From positions 64,001 to 128,000 of the forward strand of contig JAYZFK010000046.1 of the NCBI GenBank assembly GCA_036336835.1: 64,000 bases of DNA. Reading direction: 5' to 3'. Source of the stretch: Myxococcota bacterium. GTDB taxonomy: Bacteria > Myxococcota_A > UBA9160 > UBA4427. Below are positions 1 through 10,448 of this stretch, piece after piece. The translations under genes and the position numbers were made by a program. Positions within the stretch are counted from its first letter, which is position 1, and the number at the start of each line of letters is the position of its first letter. The notes beneath the pieces were generated by a model. The model was not told where the DNA came from and ran no database searches. It worked only from the letters and a program-made list of their open reading frames with translations.

Positions 1-2
1 TG

Positions 3-350
3 GCGGTGTTCAGTGGCTGTCACTTCGGCCTACTGGCGCGCAGCCCGCGACCGGTGCGCATCCGGGGCGTGCTGGCCTTCGCCTTCGGGCTCGTCCACGG
101 CTTTGGCTTCGCCGGGGTCCTGGCCGAGATGGAGCTGCCGACCGCACGACTGGCTCCAGCGCTGTTCGGCTTCAACGTGGGCGTCGAACTCGGTCAGCTG
201 GCGATCGTCTCGGTCGCCTGGCCGTTGCTGCGCCTGCTCGAGCGCCCGGCCGGGGGACGCTGGCACCGGCGCGTGGTCGACCTCGGCTCGGCGGCCGCCT
301 GCGGGATCGGGATCTTCTGGTTCGTGACCCGGACCTTCGGAGCCGGCTAG
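3..350 (+). CDS. HupE/UreJ family membrane protein (5'-truncated by window edge)
   Basis: Motifs FAFGLVHGFGFA and LFGFNVGVELGQL; frame open to the window start. Confidence 0.85.
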   Translation, partial: AVFSGCHFGLLARSPRPVRIRGVLAFAFGLVHGFGFAGVLAEMELPTARLAPALFGFNVGVELGQLAIVSVAWPLLRLLERPAGGRWHRRVVDLGSAAACGIGIFWFVTRTFGAG

Positions 351-1405
351 CAGCTGGCGAGCCCGGGCTGGCGCGGCCGCCCCGGCCTTCCGCCGGTTGC
401 TTCGACCAGGGCGCACAGCGCGCGGAGCGTGGCAGCGACATCGTTGTCCGCCCAGTACTCGGGGTTCTCCGGGTTCGAGAGCCAGAACGGGTTGAGTACG
501 CGCGACGGCTTGAGCACCCCGGCCCCGGGCCGCCCGATCTCCACCGTCACACTCGGCGTCCCGAACGCACCCAGCAGATAGGCGTCGAGCTGACCGTTGA
601 TTGCGGCCGGCCGCTCGGAGACGGACCGATAGGTGACGTGCCGCTGGTGTGACTGGAACTGGCCGTCGAACACCCCGAGAGCTTGGGCCACCGGGTCGCC
701 GACTCCGTCGGCGAAGACGCCCTCGAGCAGGGGGCGGAACACGACCGCGCCAAAGCTGTGGAAGTTGATCGCGGCGCAGAACCGCTCGCGCCCAGCCAGG
801 CGTGCCAGCCCCGCGCACTCCGGCTCCGACAACGGGTACGGCCCGCGATAGTACGCGGTGCCGCGCCGCCTGCGCGCCGAGTTCCAGGCGCGCCTGCCGG
901 CAACCGCCTCGGACGGGAAGTTGCGATTGGGATCGACGCCGTTCGCGGTGTGCCGCATCCCGCCGGCCCACACCCAGCCCTGGCTTCGCCAGACGCGCTC
1001 GGCGCCATCGGGATTGAGCAGCGGCGTCACGATCACCTGCGCTGAAGCGAGCAGCTGGGTGATCTCGGAGTCACCGCTCGCCGCGCGCTCGAGCAGCGCG
1101 CGCGCCACCTCGCGGGCGACATAGCCCGACACGAACTCGCCCGCGTGGATCTGCGCGCTCACCAGCAGCCGCGCTGGCGCCTCGGCCGCACCGATACGCA
1201 GCGCGCGCAACGGTCGCCCCTCGCTCGAGTGGCCGTAGCGCTCGACCCGCGCCCACTCCGGATGTGCCTGCGCGAGCTGGTCGAGCATCGCGTCGGCTTC
1301 GGCGGGGGACGGGTAGGGGCTGTCGGCGAGCTGGCCGCCTAGCTTCGAGCGCGCCAGTGCGCCGCCGTACAGCAGCCCTGCGCCGGCGATCAGCCAGTCG
1401 AGCAT
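347..1405 (-). CDS. M14 family zinc carboxypeptidase with N-terminal hydrophobic anchor
   Basis: HAGE, DPNRNF, FHSFG and VEIG motifs; ATG overlaps the upstream gene's stop (TGATG). Confidence 0.85.
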   Translation of the reverse strand: MLDWLIAGAGLLYGGALARSKLGGQLADSPYPSPAEADAMLDQLAQAHPEWARVERYGHSSEGRPLRALRIGAAEAPARLLVSAQIHAGEFVSGYVAREVARALLERAASGDSEITQLLASAQVIVTPLLNPDGAERVWRSQGWVWAGGMRHTANGVDPNRNFPSEAVAGRRAWNSARRRRGTAYYRGPYPLSEPECAGLARLAGRERFCAAINFHSFGAVVFRPLLEGVFADGVGDPVAQALGVFDGQFQSHQRHVTYRSVSERPAAINGQLDAYLLGAFGTPSVTVEIGRPGAGVLKPSRVLNPFWLSNPENPEYWADNDVAATLRALCALVEATGGRPGRPRQPGLASC

Positions 1406-2325
1406 CAGTCCCAGGCGTGGACGACTGGCAGCACCTCTTCGGCGAGGCGGCGCGTCTGATCCATCAGGTCGTCGTCGCCCCCGGCGAGCGCGATCAATAC
1501 GAACTTGTGCACGCCCGCGCGGCGGTACTGCTGGCAGCGCTCGATCACCTCGGCGGGCTTGCCGACGGCGAGCCAGGCGCGCATGTCGACACCCGCGCGC
1601 TCGAGCCCGCGGGCAAACCCCGAGGCGGACGCGTCCTCGAAACTGCCAATCCGAAACGGAAAGGTGGCTCCGAAGTGGTCGTCGGCGATGCGTCGGTCGA
1701 GCCGGGCCGCCTCCTGCTTGATCGCGGCCACGACCGGCCCGACCTGTGCCGGATCCTGCAGGCCACCGAGCCAACCCGTGCCAACGCGCGCCGTTCGGCG
1801 GATTGCGGCCTTCGAGTGGCCGCCGATCCACAGCGGTAGCGGCTGCTGAACCGGAGCGGGCGAGATCTGCGCGCCGCGATAGGCGAAATGTTCGCCCGCG
1901 AAGTCCACCACATCGCCGGTCCACAGCCGCTGCAACAGCTCGAGAGCCTCGTCGGCTCGCTGGCCGCGGCCCTCCGGCGCGCGCCCGGTGGCCTGCCACT
2001 CGGGCGCGTTGGCGTTGCCGACTCCGAAGACCGGCAGCAGCCTCCCGCCGCTCAGGTAATCGATCGTCGCGCACTGCTTCGCGAGCACCAGTGGATCACG
2101 CGTCGGGAGGACGACCGCGTTCATGCCGAACTTGACTCGCGACGTCGCGCCCGCCAGCGCGGCCATGGCGCTCATCGCCTCGAGATAGGGCTCGGCCGAG
2201 ACGAGACGGTCGCTCTGCCAGATCGAGTCGATCTGGCTCTCCTCGCACAGATCCGCCCAGCGAAACAGGGCTCGAGGCCCCGAGAAGGGCTGCGTGGCGA
2301 TGCCGAGGCCGATTCGAACGCTCAT
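1405..2325 (-). CDS. LLM class flavin-dependent oxidoreductase
   Basis: DSIWQSDRL, PLVLAKQCATIDYLSGGRL, PLWIGG; AGGAG upstream of the ATG. Confidence 0.9.
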   Translation of the reverse strand: MSVRIGLGIATQPFSGPRALFRWADLCEESQIDSIWQSDRLVSAEPYLEAMSAMAALAGATSRVKFGMNAVVLPTRDPLVLAKQCATIDYLSGGRLLPVFGVGNANAPEWQATGRAPEGRGQRADEALELLQRLWTGDVVDFAGEHFAYRGAQISPAPVQQPLPLWIGGHSKAAIRRTARVGTGWLGGLQDPAQVGPVVAAIKQEAARLDRRIADDHFGATFPFRIGSFEDASASGFARGLERAGVDMRAWLAVGKPAEVIERCQQYRRAGVHKFVLIALAGGDDDLMDQTRRLAEEVLPVVHAWD

Positions 2326-2457
2326 GACCCGGGGGCTCCTTCGCAACCGCTCATGGTAGCGGCGCGAGCGGCGAGGACTCGGCATCGTCTGTGCGACGGC
2401 CCCTCGAGAGGCGATTCGTCCTCCTCCCGCTCGGCGGGCCGACCGAAGAGCGGAGCC

Positions 2458-2907
2458 ATGGCAGCCCTGAGAGGCATCGAAGTCCACTGGAGCGGAGGCA
2501 ACGTCGTGTTGCCGGCGCGACTGCTGCGCGCTCGCTATGCCCGCGCCGGCGGCCCCGGCGGACAGAACGTCAACAAGGTCTCGACCAAGGTCGACCTGCG
2601 TCTCGACCTCGACGGCGCGCGCGAGCTGCTGGGCGAAGCGGCCGTGGCGCGCCTGCGCAAGCAGCTCGCTAGCCGCCTCGACGCCGACGGCTCGTTGCAG
2701 GTCACGAGCAGCGAGCACCGAACTCGGGCACGCAACCTCGAGGCCGCACTCGAACGCCTGGAGGCGTGGTTGTCCGACGCGCTCCGCCGTCCGAAGACCC
2801 GTCGCCCCACGCGGCCGAGCCGCGGCAGCGCCGAGCGCCGCCTCGCTTCGAAGCAGAAGCGCGGCGCCCTCAAGCGGACGCGCAGCCGCGACCCGCACGA
2901 CGATTGA
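2458..2907 (+). CDS. arfB: Alternative ribosome rescue peptidyl-tRNA hydrolase ArfB
   Basis: GGPGGQNVNKV motif and basic C-terminal tail (RRPTRPSRGSAERRLASKQKR). Confidence 0.95.
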   Translation: MAALRGIEVHWSGGNVVLPARLLRARYARAGGPGGQNVNKVSTKVDLRLDLDGARELLGEAAVARLRKQLASRLDADGSLQVTSSEHRTRARNLEAALERLEAWLSDALRRPKTRRPTRPSRGSAERRLASKQKRGALKRTRSRDPHDD

Positions 2908-2910
2908 GCC

Positions 2911-3318
2911 TCAGCTCCATTCGAACGCGAGATCGAGCTCGACATCGGGGTGCAGGCTGCGATGAACGGGGCAGCCGCGCGCCGCGCGCTCGAGCACCAC
3001 ACGCGCCTCGCGCGGCACCGACGAGGGCATCGTGAAGCAAGCCTCGAGTCTTCCGATCCGGCGCTCCCGCTGCTCGCTCATGTGCTTGTTCACGCGAGCC
3101 CGAGCACCCTCCATCGCCCAGCCGTGACGCCGCGCCACGATCCCCATCGTGGTCAGCACACAGCTCGCCAGCGCGGTGGCCACCAGATCCGTCGGCGAGT
3201 AGCGCTCGCCGAGCCCCTCGTTGTCCCGCGGAGCATCCGTCTCGATGCGCGTACCCGAAGGCTCGTGAAGGCACTCCGTATGCAGATTTCCGCTGTACTC
3301 CACGTCGATTCGAACCAC
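2911..3318 (-). CDS. OsmC family protein
   Basis: TDAP..N.G.GE..SPTDL, ALASC and GCPV cysteines; GGAGGGAG before GTG. Confidence 0.9.
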   Translation of the reverse strand: MVRIDVEYSGNLHTECLHEPSGTRIETDAPRDNEGLGERYSPTDLVATALASCVLTTMGIVARRHGWAMEGARARVNKHMSEQRERRIGRLEACFTMPSSVPREARVVLERAARGCPVHRSLHPDVELDLAFEWS

Positions 3319-3530
3319 GCCGCTCCCTCCAGGGCTGCCTGCAGCATGGAGCGCCGAGCGCTCCGGCACCAGTCCGGTCGGCCCGATCGACAAGACGGCA
3401 GGCGCCCGGGGAGCGCCTGCGCCTGACAAGCAGCGACATCGGGATTCGCAGGCCGAGGCCCGGAACCGTCTCGATCGGTGCAGCCGGGCAGGAGCCTGGC
3501 CCGAGCGCGGCCGACGGCTCGCCGGGCGAC

Positions 3531-4103
3531 TCACGATCCAACGCAGCGCGCAGACGCCCTCGCCGAGCGACAGCACGCGCGCCGCGAGCGCATCTCGGCC
3601 TCACCCAGCTCGCGCAGCCGCTCGGCGTTGCGGGCGGGTATGTCGGCCGCGCCCGCGAAGGCCGCGATCGCGTCCGTCACACTCTGCTCCCGCAACAGGT
3701 GCAGCATTGGGTGCGGTGAGCGATTGGTCCAGTTCGCGGGATCGTCGTGCGCGGAGTCGGCAAAGACATACTCCGGATGGAAGCTCGCGAGCTGAACTAC
3801 GCCCTCGCAGCCGCGCGCGCGTAACAGCGCTTCTGCCGGGTCGAGGAAGTCGTTGTAGTCCGCGAAGTCGACGAGCGTGTGCGGGTGGACGAGTAGCGTG
3901 GTGTCGAGATCAGCAACGGGCGTACGCAACAAACGAGCGAGCTCGCTGTCGAGATCGGCGAGCAGGGCTTCGGGATCACGTGCCGGGCTCTCGATGAAGC
4001 GGACCCGGCCGGCGGCGAGCACCTCGCGCGCGAAGGGGCACAGCTCGAGCTCCACGACCACCGACTCGACCCAGGCGCGCGTGGCTTCGACCGCATTGCT
4101 CAC
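3531..4103 (-). CDS. DUF1415 family protein
   Basis: LCPFA, QLASFHP and TNRSPHPMLHLLRE motifs. Confidence 0.9.
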   Translation of the reverse strand: MSNAVEATRAWVESVVVELELCPFAREVLAAGRVRFIESPARDPEALLADLDSELARLLRTPVADLDTTLLVHPHTLVDFADYNDFLDPAEALLRARGCEGVVQLASFHPEYVFADSAHDDPANWTNRSPHPMLHLLREQSVTDAIAAFAGAADIPARNAERLRELGEAEMRSRRACCRSARASARCVGS

Positions 4104-4160
4104 GGGGGCAACGTAGACGACGAGCCGAGCGATCGCATAGGATGGCCGCCGGGAGGCACC

Positions 4161-5588
4161 ATGAGCATCAGTGACTACGAGAGCTACGACGCAGTCGGCC
4201 TGGCCGAGCTCGTTCGCAACGGCGATACAAAGCCAGAGGAGCTGCTCGAGACGGCGGTCGCGCTCAGTGAAGAGCGCAATCCGAAGCTGAACGCGATCGT
4301 GATCCCGATGGTCGACGAGGCGCGGGCGGCGATCGACGCCGGCCTGCCCGACGGACCGCTGCGCGGTGTCCCCTATCTGCTGAAGGATCTCCACCTGCTC
4401 TACTCGGGCGTGCGCACCACCAATGGCTGCGCGCTGTTCGCCGACAACGTCGCCGACCACGACAGCGAGTTCGTCAGCCGCTACAAGCAGGCCGGACTGG
4501 TGGTGTTCGGCAAGACGGCATCTCCGGAGTTCGGGCTCAGCACGACCACCGAGTCGAAACTGTTCGGCGTGACGAACAACCCCTGGAAGGAGGGCTTCAC
4601 CGCGGGCGGCTCGTCGGGCGGCTCGGCTTCGGCGGTGGCGTCCGGGATCGTTCCGGCGGCCAACGCAAGCGACGGCGGCGGATCGATCCGCATCCCCGCT
4701 TCGTGCTGCGGACTGTTCGGCCTCAAGCCCTCGCGCGGACGCATTCCGTTCGGTCCCGATTCAGGCGAGGGCTGGAACGGCATGAGCTCGATTCACGCAG
4801 TCACGCGCTCGGTGCGCGACAGTGCCGCGCTGCTCGACGCGGTGTGCGCTCCCGAGCGCGGCGCTCCCTACGCCGCGCCGCCGCAAGCGAGACCCTACCT
4901 CGAAGAAGTCGGCGCGAGCGTCGGCAAGCTGCGAATCGCCGTGCAGACCGAGTCCTTCAACGGCGTGGACGTCCACTCCGACTGCACCCTGGCCTCCGAG
5001 CAAACCGCCGACCTGTGCAGGGGTCTCGGTCACGAGGTCGTGCCCGCGCGCCTCGAGGTCGACTGGCAGCCGCTCGGCGATGCGACGCGCATCGTGATCG
5101 CCGCGCATTTGCGTGCGACCCTCGACGCTCGCGCCGAACAGCTCGGCCGTGAGCTCGTTCAGGACGACGTCGAGAGCATGGCCTGGTTCATGGCAAAGAG
5201 CATCGTGGAGCGCGGCGCCAACGAGTACGCCAAGTCGGTCAAGTTGATCCACCAGACGACGCGCAGTGTCGAAGGCTTCCTCGAGGACTTCGATGTGCTG
5301 CTGACGCCGACCATGGCGACGCCGCCCTCGGAGCTCGGGAAGCTCTCGCTGAGCAACCCCGATATAGAGGAGTTCATCACCAGCCTGGCAGAGAGCACGG
5401 GGTTCACGCAGCTGCTCAACGCCTCCGGTCACCCCTCGGCCTCCGTGCCCCTACACTGGAACGAGCAGGGGCTGCCCATCGGAGTCCAGATCACGGGGCG
5501 ATTCGGCGACGAGGCGACGCTGTTCCGGCTCGGGGCACAACTCGAGCAGACGCAGCCCTGGTTCGACCGGCGCGCCCCGCTCTGGTAG
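4161..5588 (+). CDS. Amidase signature family protein
   Basis: [31 protein letters not shown]. Confidence 0.95.
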   Translation: MSISDYESYDAVGLAELVRNGDTKPEELLETAVALSEERNPKLNAIVIPMVDEARAAIDAGLPDGPLRGVPYLLKDLHLLYSGVRTTNGCALFADNVADHDSEFVSRYKQAGLVVFGKTASPEFGLSTTTESKLFGVTNNPWKEGFTAGGSSGGSASAVASGIVPAANASDGGGSIRIPASCCGLFGLKPSRGRIPFGPDSGEGWNGMSSIHAVTRSVRDSAALLDAVCAPERGAPYAAPPQARPYLEEVGASVGKLRIAVQTESFNGVDVHSDCTLASEQTADLCRGLGHEVVPARLEVDWQPLGDATRIVIAAHLRATLDARAEQLGRELVQDDVESMAWFMAKSIVERGANEYAKSVKLIHQTTRSVEGFLEDFDVLLTPTMATPPSELGKLSLSNPDIEEFITSLAESTGFTQLLNASGHPSASVPLHWNEQGLPIGVQITGRFGDEATLFRLGAQLEQTQPWFDRRAPLW

Positions 5589-5703
5589 GCGTCGCCGGAG
5601 ATCCGCAGTCGGGCCCTCGGTCCAGACTCCCAATTCGCGCCGGGCCAGGTATGCTTGCCGATCTTCACGCCCGACTACCCGAAGAGAATCAGCGGAGGAT
5701 TTC

Positions 5704-6900
5704 ATGGCTCGCGAAGCCGTCATCATCGAGAGCAAGCGCAGCGCATTGACCAAGGCCCACCGCGGCTCATTCAACATCACGTCGCCCGTCGACTACCTGG
5801 CGCACAGCATCCGCGAGACGGTGAGCGCGGCCGGTGGACTCGATCCGGCCGAGATCGCGGACTGCATCGTCGGCTGCGGACACCCCGAGGGCGTGATGGG
5901 CATGAACATGGCGCGCATCGCCGCGATGGCCGCCGACCTGCCCGTGAGCGTTCCCGGAACGACGGTCAATCGCTTCTGCTCGTCGGGCTCGCAGGCCGTC
6001 GCGATGGCCGCCCACCTGATCATCAACGAGGGCGCAGACGCAGCGGTCGGCGCGGGCGTCGAGACCATCACGATGATGCAGGATGGCACGCAGAACACCG
6101 CGCGTATGGTCAACGAGCCGGCACGCAAACGCTTTCCGGGCCTCTACTTTCCCATGGGTATCACCGCCGAGATCGTGGCCGAGCGCTATGGCGTCTCGCG
6201 CGAGGCCCAGGACGAGTACGCGTTCAAGAGCCAACAGCGCACGGCGAACGCCCAGCAGAAGGGCTGGATCGCCGAAGAGATCGCACCGATGAAGACCACC
6301 CGAAAGGTGATCGTCAAGGACGGCGACGATTACGAAGAGGAGTGCGTCGTCGAGCAGGACGAATGCAACCGTCCGAATACCACCCTCGAAGGCCTGCAGA
6401 AGCTGGCGCCGGTGTTCAAGAAGCCCGAGGACGGCGGCACGGTCACTGCCGGCAACGCCTCTCAGCTGTCGGACGGCGCGGCGGCCTGCCTGCTGATGTC
6501 GGCCGAGCGCGCGAAGCAGCTGAACCTCGAGCCGCTGGGCATCTACCGCGGCACCGCGATCGCTGGTTGCGAGCCCGACGAGATGGGGATCGGACCGATT
6601 TATGCGGTGCCGAAGCTGCTCAAGGCGCATGGGCTCACGATGAACGACATCGACGTCGTCGAGCTCAACGAGGCGTTCGCTTCGCAGACGGTGCAGGTGC
6701 AGCGCGTGCTCGACATCCCGGACGAGAAGCTCAACCCGAACGGCGGCTCGATCTCGATCGGCCACCCGTTCGGCATGACCGGGGCTCGCTTGACCGGCGC
6801 CCTGTTGCGCGAGCTCAAGCGTCGCGGCGGCCGGTACGGGCTCGTCACCATGTGCGTCGGCGGCGGTCAGGGCTTCGCGTCGCTGTTCGAGGCCGCATAG
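5704..6900 (+). CDS. Thiolase (acetyl-CoA C-acyltransferase)
   Basis: NRFCSSG, NEAFA, GHPFG, MCVGGGQG. Confidence 0.95.
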   Translation: MAREAVIIESKRSALTKAHRGSFNITSPVDYLAHSIRETVSAAGGLDPAEIADCIVGCGHPEGVMGMNMARIAAMAADLPVSVPGTTVNRFCSSGSQAVAMAAHLIINEGADAAVGAGVETITMMQDGTQNTARMVNEPARKRFPGLYFPMGITAEIVAERYGVSREAQDEYAFKSQQRTANAQQKGWIAEEIAPMKTTRKVIVKDGDDYEEECVVEQDECNRPNTTLEGLQKLAPVFKKPEDGGTVTAGNASQLSDGAAACLLMSAERAKQLNLEPLGIYRGTAIAGCEPDEMGIGPIYAVPKLLKAHGLTMNDIDVVELNEAFASQTVQVQRVLDIPDEKLNPNGGSISIGHPFGMTGARLTGALLRELKRRGGRYGLVTMCVGGGQGFASLFEAA

Positions 6901-6907
6901 GCCCGCG

Positions 6908-7432
6908 GTGCCTCGCAAACGAGGCGGCACGCCCCCCGACACGGCCGACGTCGATCGACGTCGGCTGGAGGAGCTCGAGCTTGGCCTCGATCAGGCGCGC
7001 AAGCGCCAATCGAACCTGCCAGCTCTGCGCGAGAGGCGCGAGCCTCGCGCCCCGGCCTATCACCCCGCCGATGAGCACCAGAGCGTCTTCGCGCTGCTCG
7101 GGGGGTCGACGCGCAAGGGCAGCTGGGAGCCCGCGGCGCGTGTCGACTGCACCGCGATCATGGGGGGCGTCAACCTCGATCTGCGCGAAGCCGACCTGAT
7201 CGATGGCACCACGACGATCCGTTGTTTCGCGTTCTGGGGCGGGATCAACATCATCGTACCGCCGGACGTCGACGTCGATGCGGATGGCACCGGCATCCTC
7301 GGCGGTTTCGAACACATCGGCCACCGAGCTCCGGACGGCGACGTTCCCCTCGTGCGCGTCGAGGGTGTCGCGCTGATGGGCGGCGTCGCCATTCGGGTCA
7401 AGGAACGCAAGAAGCCCAAGCGCCGGCGGTGA
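6908..7432 (+). CDS. LiaF/DUF2154-like domain protein
   Basis: Repeated beta motifs AIMGGVNLDLREA, AFWGGINIIVP, ALMGGVAI. Confidence 0.7.
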   Translation: MPRKRGGTPPDTADVDRRRLEELELGLDQARKRQSNLPALRERREPRAPAYHPADEHQSVFALLGGSTRKGSWEPAARVDCTAIMGGVNLDLREADLIDGTTTIRCFAFWGGINIIVPPDVDVDADGTGILGGFEHIGHRAPDGDVPLVRVEGVALMGGVAIRVKERKKPKRRR

Positions 7433-7469
7433 TGCGGGGCGCACTGCGCCTCCCCGGGAGCCCGCGCGC

Positions 7470-7859
7470 TCAGTGGATCGCAGTCGGCTCGAGCAACTCG
7501 AAGCGCGCGATCCGTGCGCGGAACTGCGATTCGTCCTCGAGCACCATCTCGTAGCTGCCTTCCATCGAGCCGAAGGGCGTCGAGAGCGGACAGCCGGACG
7601 TGTATTGGAATGCCTCGCCAGGCGCCAGAACCGGCTGCTCGCCAACGACCCCGGGGCCGCGCACCTCCTCCTGCTTCCCGGTCGCGTCGGTAATGATCCA
7701 GTGGCGCGACAGCAGCTGGGCGGTTTGATCGCTCTCGTTCGAGATCGTGATCGTGTACAGGAAGAACCAGCGGCTGTGCTCAGGAACCGAGTGCTCCTCC
7801 GAGTATCGAGCCTCGACACCGACGCAGATCCCGTTCGTGACGCACTCTGACGTGAACAA
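7470..7859 (-). CDS. apaG: ApaG (CorD) protein
   Basis: QLLSRHWIITD, VRGPGVVGEQP, YTSGCPL.TP.GSMEG. Confidence 0.95.
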   Translation of the reverse strand: MFTSECVTNGICVGVEARYSEEHSVPEHSRWFFLYTITISNESDQTAQLLSRHWIITDATGKQEEVRGPGVVGEQPVLAPGEAFQYTSGCPLSTPFGSMEGSYEMVLEDESQFRARIARFELLEPTAIH

Positions 7860-7902
7860 GGAACCCTCCCGGTCAGACGCTAGCGTTGCACACCGGCCGC
7901 GC

Positions 7903-8388
7903 TCAGAGCAGCCCTTCGATCGCGGCGATCAGCTCTTTGGACTGTGGCTCGCTCGCGGGCTCGAAACGGCCGACGAGCTCTCCGTCCCGGTCGACCAGGA
8001 ACTTGCCGAAATTCCACTTCACGTCGCCCGCACCTTCGGGACCGACATCCTGACTGGTGAGCCACGCGTACAACGGATCGGCGCCGTCTCCATTGACATC
8101 CAACTTCGAGAACAACGGGAATCGCACATCGTACTGAGTCGAGCAGAACTCCGCGATCTCGGCGTCGCTCCCCGGCTCCTGGCCCGCGAACTGGTTGCAC
8201 GGAATCCCGAGAATCTCGAGCCCCCGGCCGGAGTACAGCTCGTAGAGACGCTGCAAGCCGTCATACTGCGGCGTGAGCCCGCACTTCGAGGCAACATTGA
8301 CCACCAGCACGGCCTTGCCGTCGTAATCCGCCAGCGGTCTGTCCTCGCCACCGATGGCGCGCAGAGTGAAATCCTGAAGCTTCGGCAT
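7903..8388 (-). CDS. Glutathione peroxidase (Cys type)
   Basis: VNVASKCGLT, PCNQF, WNFGKFL. Confidence 0.95.
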   Translation of the reverse strand: MPKLQDFTLRAIGGEDRPLADYDGKAVLVVNVASKCGLTPQYDGLQRLYELYSGRGLEILGIPCNQFAGQEPGSDAEIAEFCSTQYDVRFPLFSKLDVNGDGADPLYAWLTSQDVGPEGAGDVKWNFGKFLVDRDGELVGRFEPASEPQSKELIAAIEGLL

Positions 8389-8418
8389 GGGAACCTCCGA
8401 TGGCGGTGAGATGATCGT

Positions 8419-9120
8419 TTAGTGCGCCCGCGTGTTGTTTGCAAGCTCGCGACGCGCGCGGGGAGCAAGCCTCTCGACGACGCGCTCGAGGGCGCGGAAG
8501 AATCCCACGTGATCCAGGAGTGGATTGAGCCAGCCGGTCGTGACGCAGTAGACGCGATCGTGTGCACCGCAGTGATGCCGCGCGTGGTGCGCGGGGCTCA
8601 GGATCCAGCCGCGTCGCTGCAGCGCTCCCACCCATCTCGGCACGCGCTCGGCGTGGGCCCACTGATGGAAGAGGTTGGTCAGCGCGACCCCGAGCGTCGA
8701 CAGCAGCAGCAGCGCCACGAGCCACTGAGCCGGCGCAGTCGCCAGGTCCAACGTCCCGGCGAGGGCCAGGATCGGTAGACATGCGAAGCAGTTCTGCCCG
8801 CTGACCTCGGCGGCGCTGCGCTCCGCCATGTCCCCCGGTGCCGCGTGGTGGTCGCGAAATGACTTGATCACCGCAGGCCCGATCCACGGCGTGTCCGGAT
8901 CGAAGAACGTGTCGGCGAACCAGTGGAACAGTCCCGCGGCGAGCTCGACGGCGAGCAGGGCCGGCACCGCGAGCAGCAGCAGACACAGCCCCGTCCGGAA
9001 CGGACCCGCGGCGGTGACCAGAGCGCCGAACAGCACCCACCAGCTCGCCAGGAACAGAGCAATCGAGACGACATCGAAGATCGCGCCGCCGCGGCTGCGC
9101 GGCTCGGGTTCCTGTGTCAC
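8419..9120 (-). CDS. CarF/TMEM189/FAD4 family lipid desaturase
   Basis: His boxes HWFADT, FRDHH, HQWAH, HARHH and YCVTTGWLN; hydrophobic segments. Confidence 0.85.
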   Translation of the reverse strand: MTQEPEPRSRGGAIFDVVSIALFLASWWVLFGALVTAAGPFRTGLCLLLLAVPALLAVELAAGLFHWFADTFFDPDTPWIGPAVIKSFRDHHAAPGDMAERSAAEVSGQNCFACLPILALAGTLDLATAPAQWLVALLLLSTLGVALTNLFHQWAHAERVPRWVGALQRRGWILSPAHHARHHCGAHDRVYCVTTGWLNPLLDHVGFFRALERVVERLAPRARRELANNTRAH

Positions 9121-9252
9121 ACGCCCTCCTCGCCCTCAGAGCACGTTGCCCAAACGTACCATGTGGACGTCCGGGGTGACTCACAGTCCCTCTGGCCGCG
9201 CCCAGTGCCGCGCAGGTATGCTGCCTCGTCCGCTCGTCCGGAGGACCCGCAG

Positions 9253-10434
9253 ATGAACATGACCCTCGCCCCCGAGCACGTGGCATTTCGCGAAGAGGTG
9301 CGCGAGTTCCTCGCGGCAATGCCGCCCGGTCTCGCCAAGAAGGCACGCGACGCCTACTACTTCGACGCCGACGAGACCATGGAGTGGCATCGCCTCCTCT
9401 ACGAGAAGGGATGGATCGCGCCCAACTGGCCCGAGGAGCACGGGGGCACGGGATGGGACGTCACGCGGCGCTTCACCTTCGCCGAGGAGCTCGCGCGTGC
9501 CAACACACCCGAGCTCTCGCCCTTCGGTCTGATCATGGTCGGCCCCCTGCTGATCGAATTCGGCACGGACGAACAAAAGAAGCGCTTCCTGCCGAAGATC
9601 CTGTCGGGTGAAGACATCTGGTGCCAGGGCTACTCGGAGCCGAACGCGGGCTCGGATCTCGCGGCGCTGCAGCTACGCGCCGACAAGGACGGCGACGATT
9701 ACCTGCTCAACGGCCAGAAGACATGGACCACCAACGCCCAGTACGCGAACTGGATCTTCGTGCTCGCACGCACCAGCACCGAAGGCCGAAAGCAGGAGGG
9801 AATCTCGTTCCTGCTGGCCGACCTCCTCAACACCGATGGAATCGAGGTCAAGCCATTCCTGACGACCGGCGGGACGATGGCCTTCTCCGAGACGTGGTTC
9901 AAGGACGCCCGCGTCCCACAGGCCAATCGCGTCGGACCGGAGAACGGCGGCTGGACGATGGCCAAAGCCCTGCTGGGACACGAGCGCACCGCGATCGGAG
10001 GCATCTCCGAATCGTTCGGCTGGCTGCTGCACGTGAAGCGAATTGCGGCGAAGACCCCGGTCGGTAAGGGCAATCTGCTCGACGACGCGGTATTCCGCGC
10101 GCGCATCGCAGAGGTGGAGATGCGACTGCGCGCCGTGACGATGGCGCAGAACCGAACACTCGCCGACGCGCAGCTCGGACGCGCACCCGGCCCCGAGAGC
10201 TCGATCCTGAAGCTCGTCGGCACCGAGACCTATCAGGAGATCACGGAGCTTGCGATGGACGCGATGGGGCATGATGCCATCGGCTGGAAGGACGCACCGG
10301 CGGAGGTGTTGCCGGCGCACGAGAAGTGGATCGCAGCGCGCTTCAACTACCTGCGCGCTTGCACGATCTATGGCGGTAGCAACGAGATCCAGCGCAACGT
10401 GATCGCCAAGCACATCCTCGGCCTGCCGAGCTGA
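9253..10434 (+). CDS. Acyl-CoA dehydrogenase (catalytic subunit)
   Basis: WCQGYSEPNAGSDLA, NGQKTWTT, IYGGSNEIQRN. Confidence 0.95.
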   Translation: MNMTLAPEHVAFREEVREFLAAMPPGLAKKARDAYYFDADETMEWHRLLYEKGWIAPNWPEEHGGTGWDVTRRFTFAEELARANTPELSPFGLIMVGPLLIEFGTDEQKKRFLPKILSGEDIWCQGYSEPNAGSDLAALQLRADKDGDDYLLNGQKTWTTNAQYANWIFVLARTSTEGRKQEGISFLLADLLNTDGIEVKPFLTTGGTMAFSETWFKDARVPQANRVGPENGGWTMAKALLGHERTAIGGISESFGWLLHVKRIAAKTPVGKGNLLDDAVFRARIAEVEMRLRAVTMAQNRTLADAQLGRAPGPESSILKLVGTETYQEITELAMDAMGHDAIGWKDAPAEVLPAHEKWIAARFNYLRACTIYGGSNEIQRNVIAKHILGLPS

Positions 10435-10448
10435 CTGAGAGGCCCGCC

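Noticed and set aside
7903..8388. Selenocysteine glutathione peroxidase
   Set aside because: The active-site residue is Cys (ASKCG) in an uninterrupted ORF
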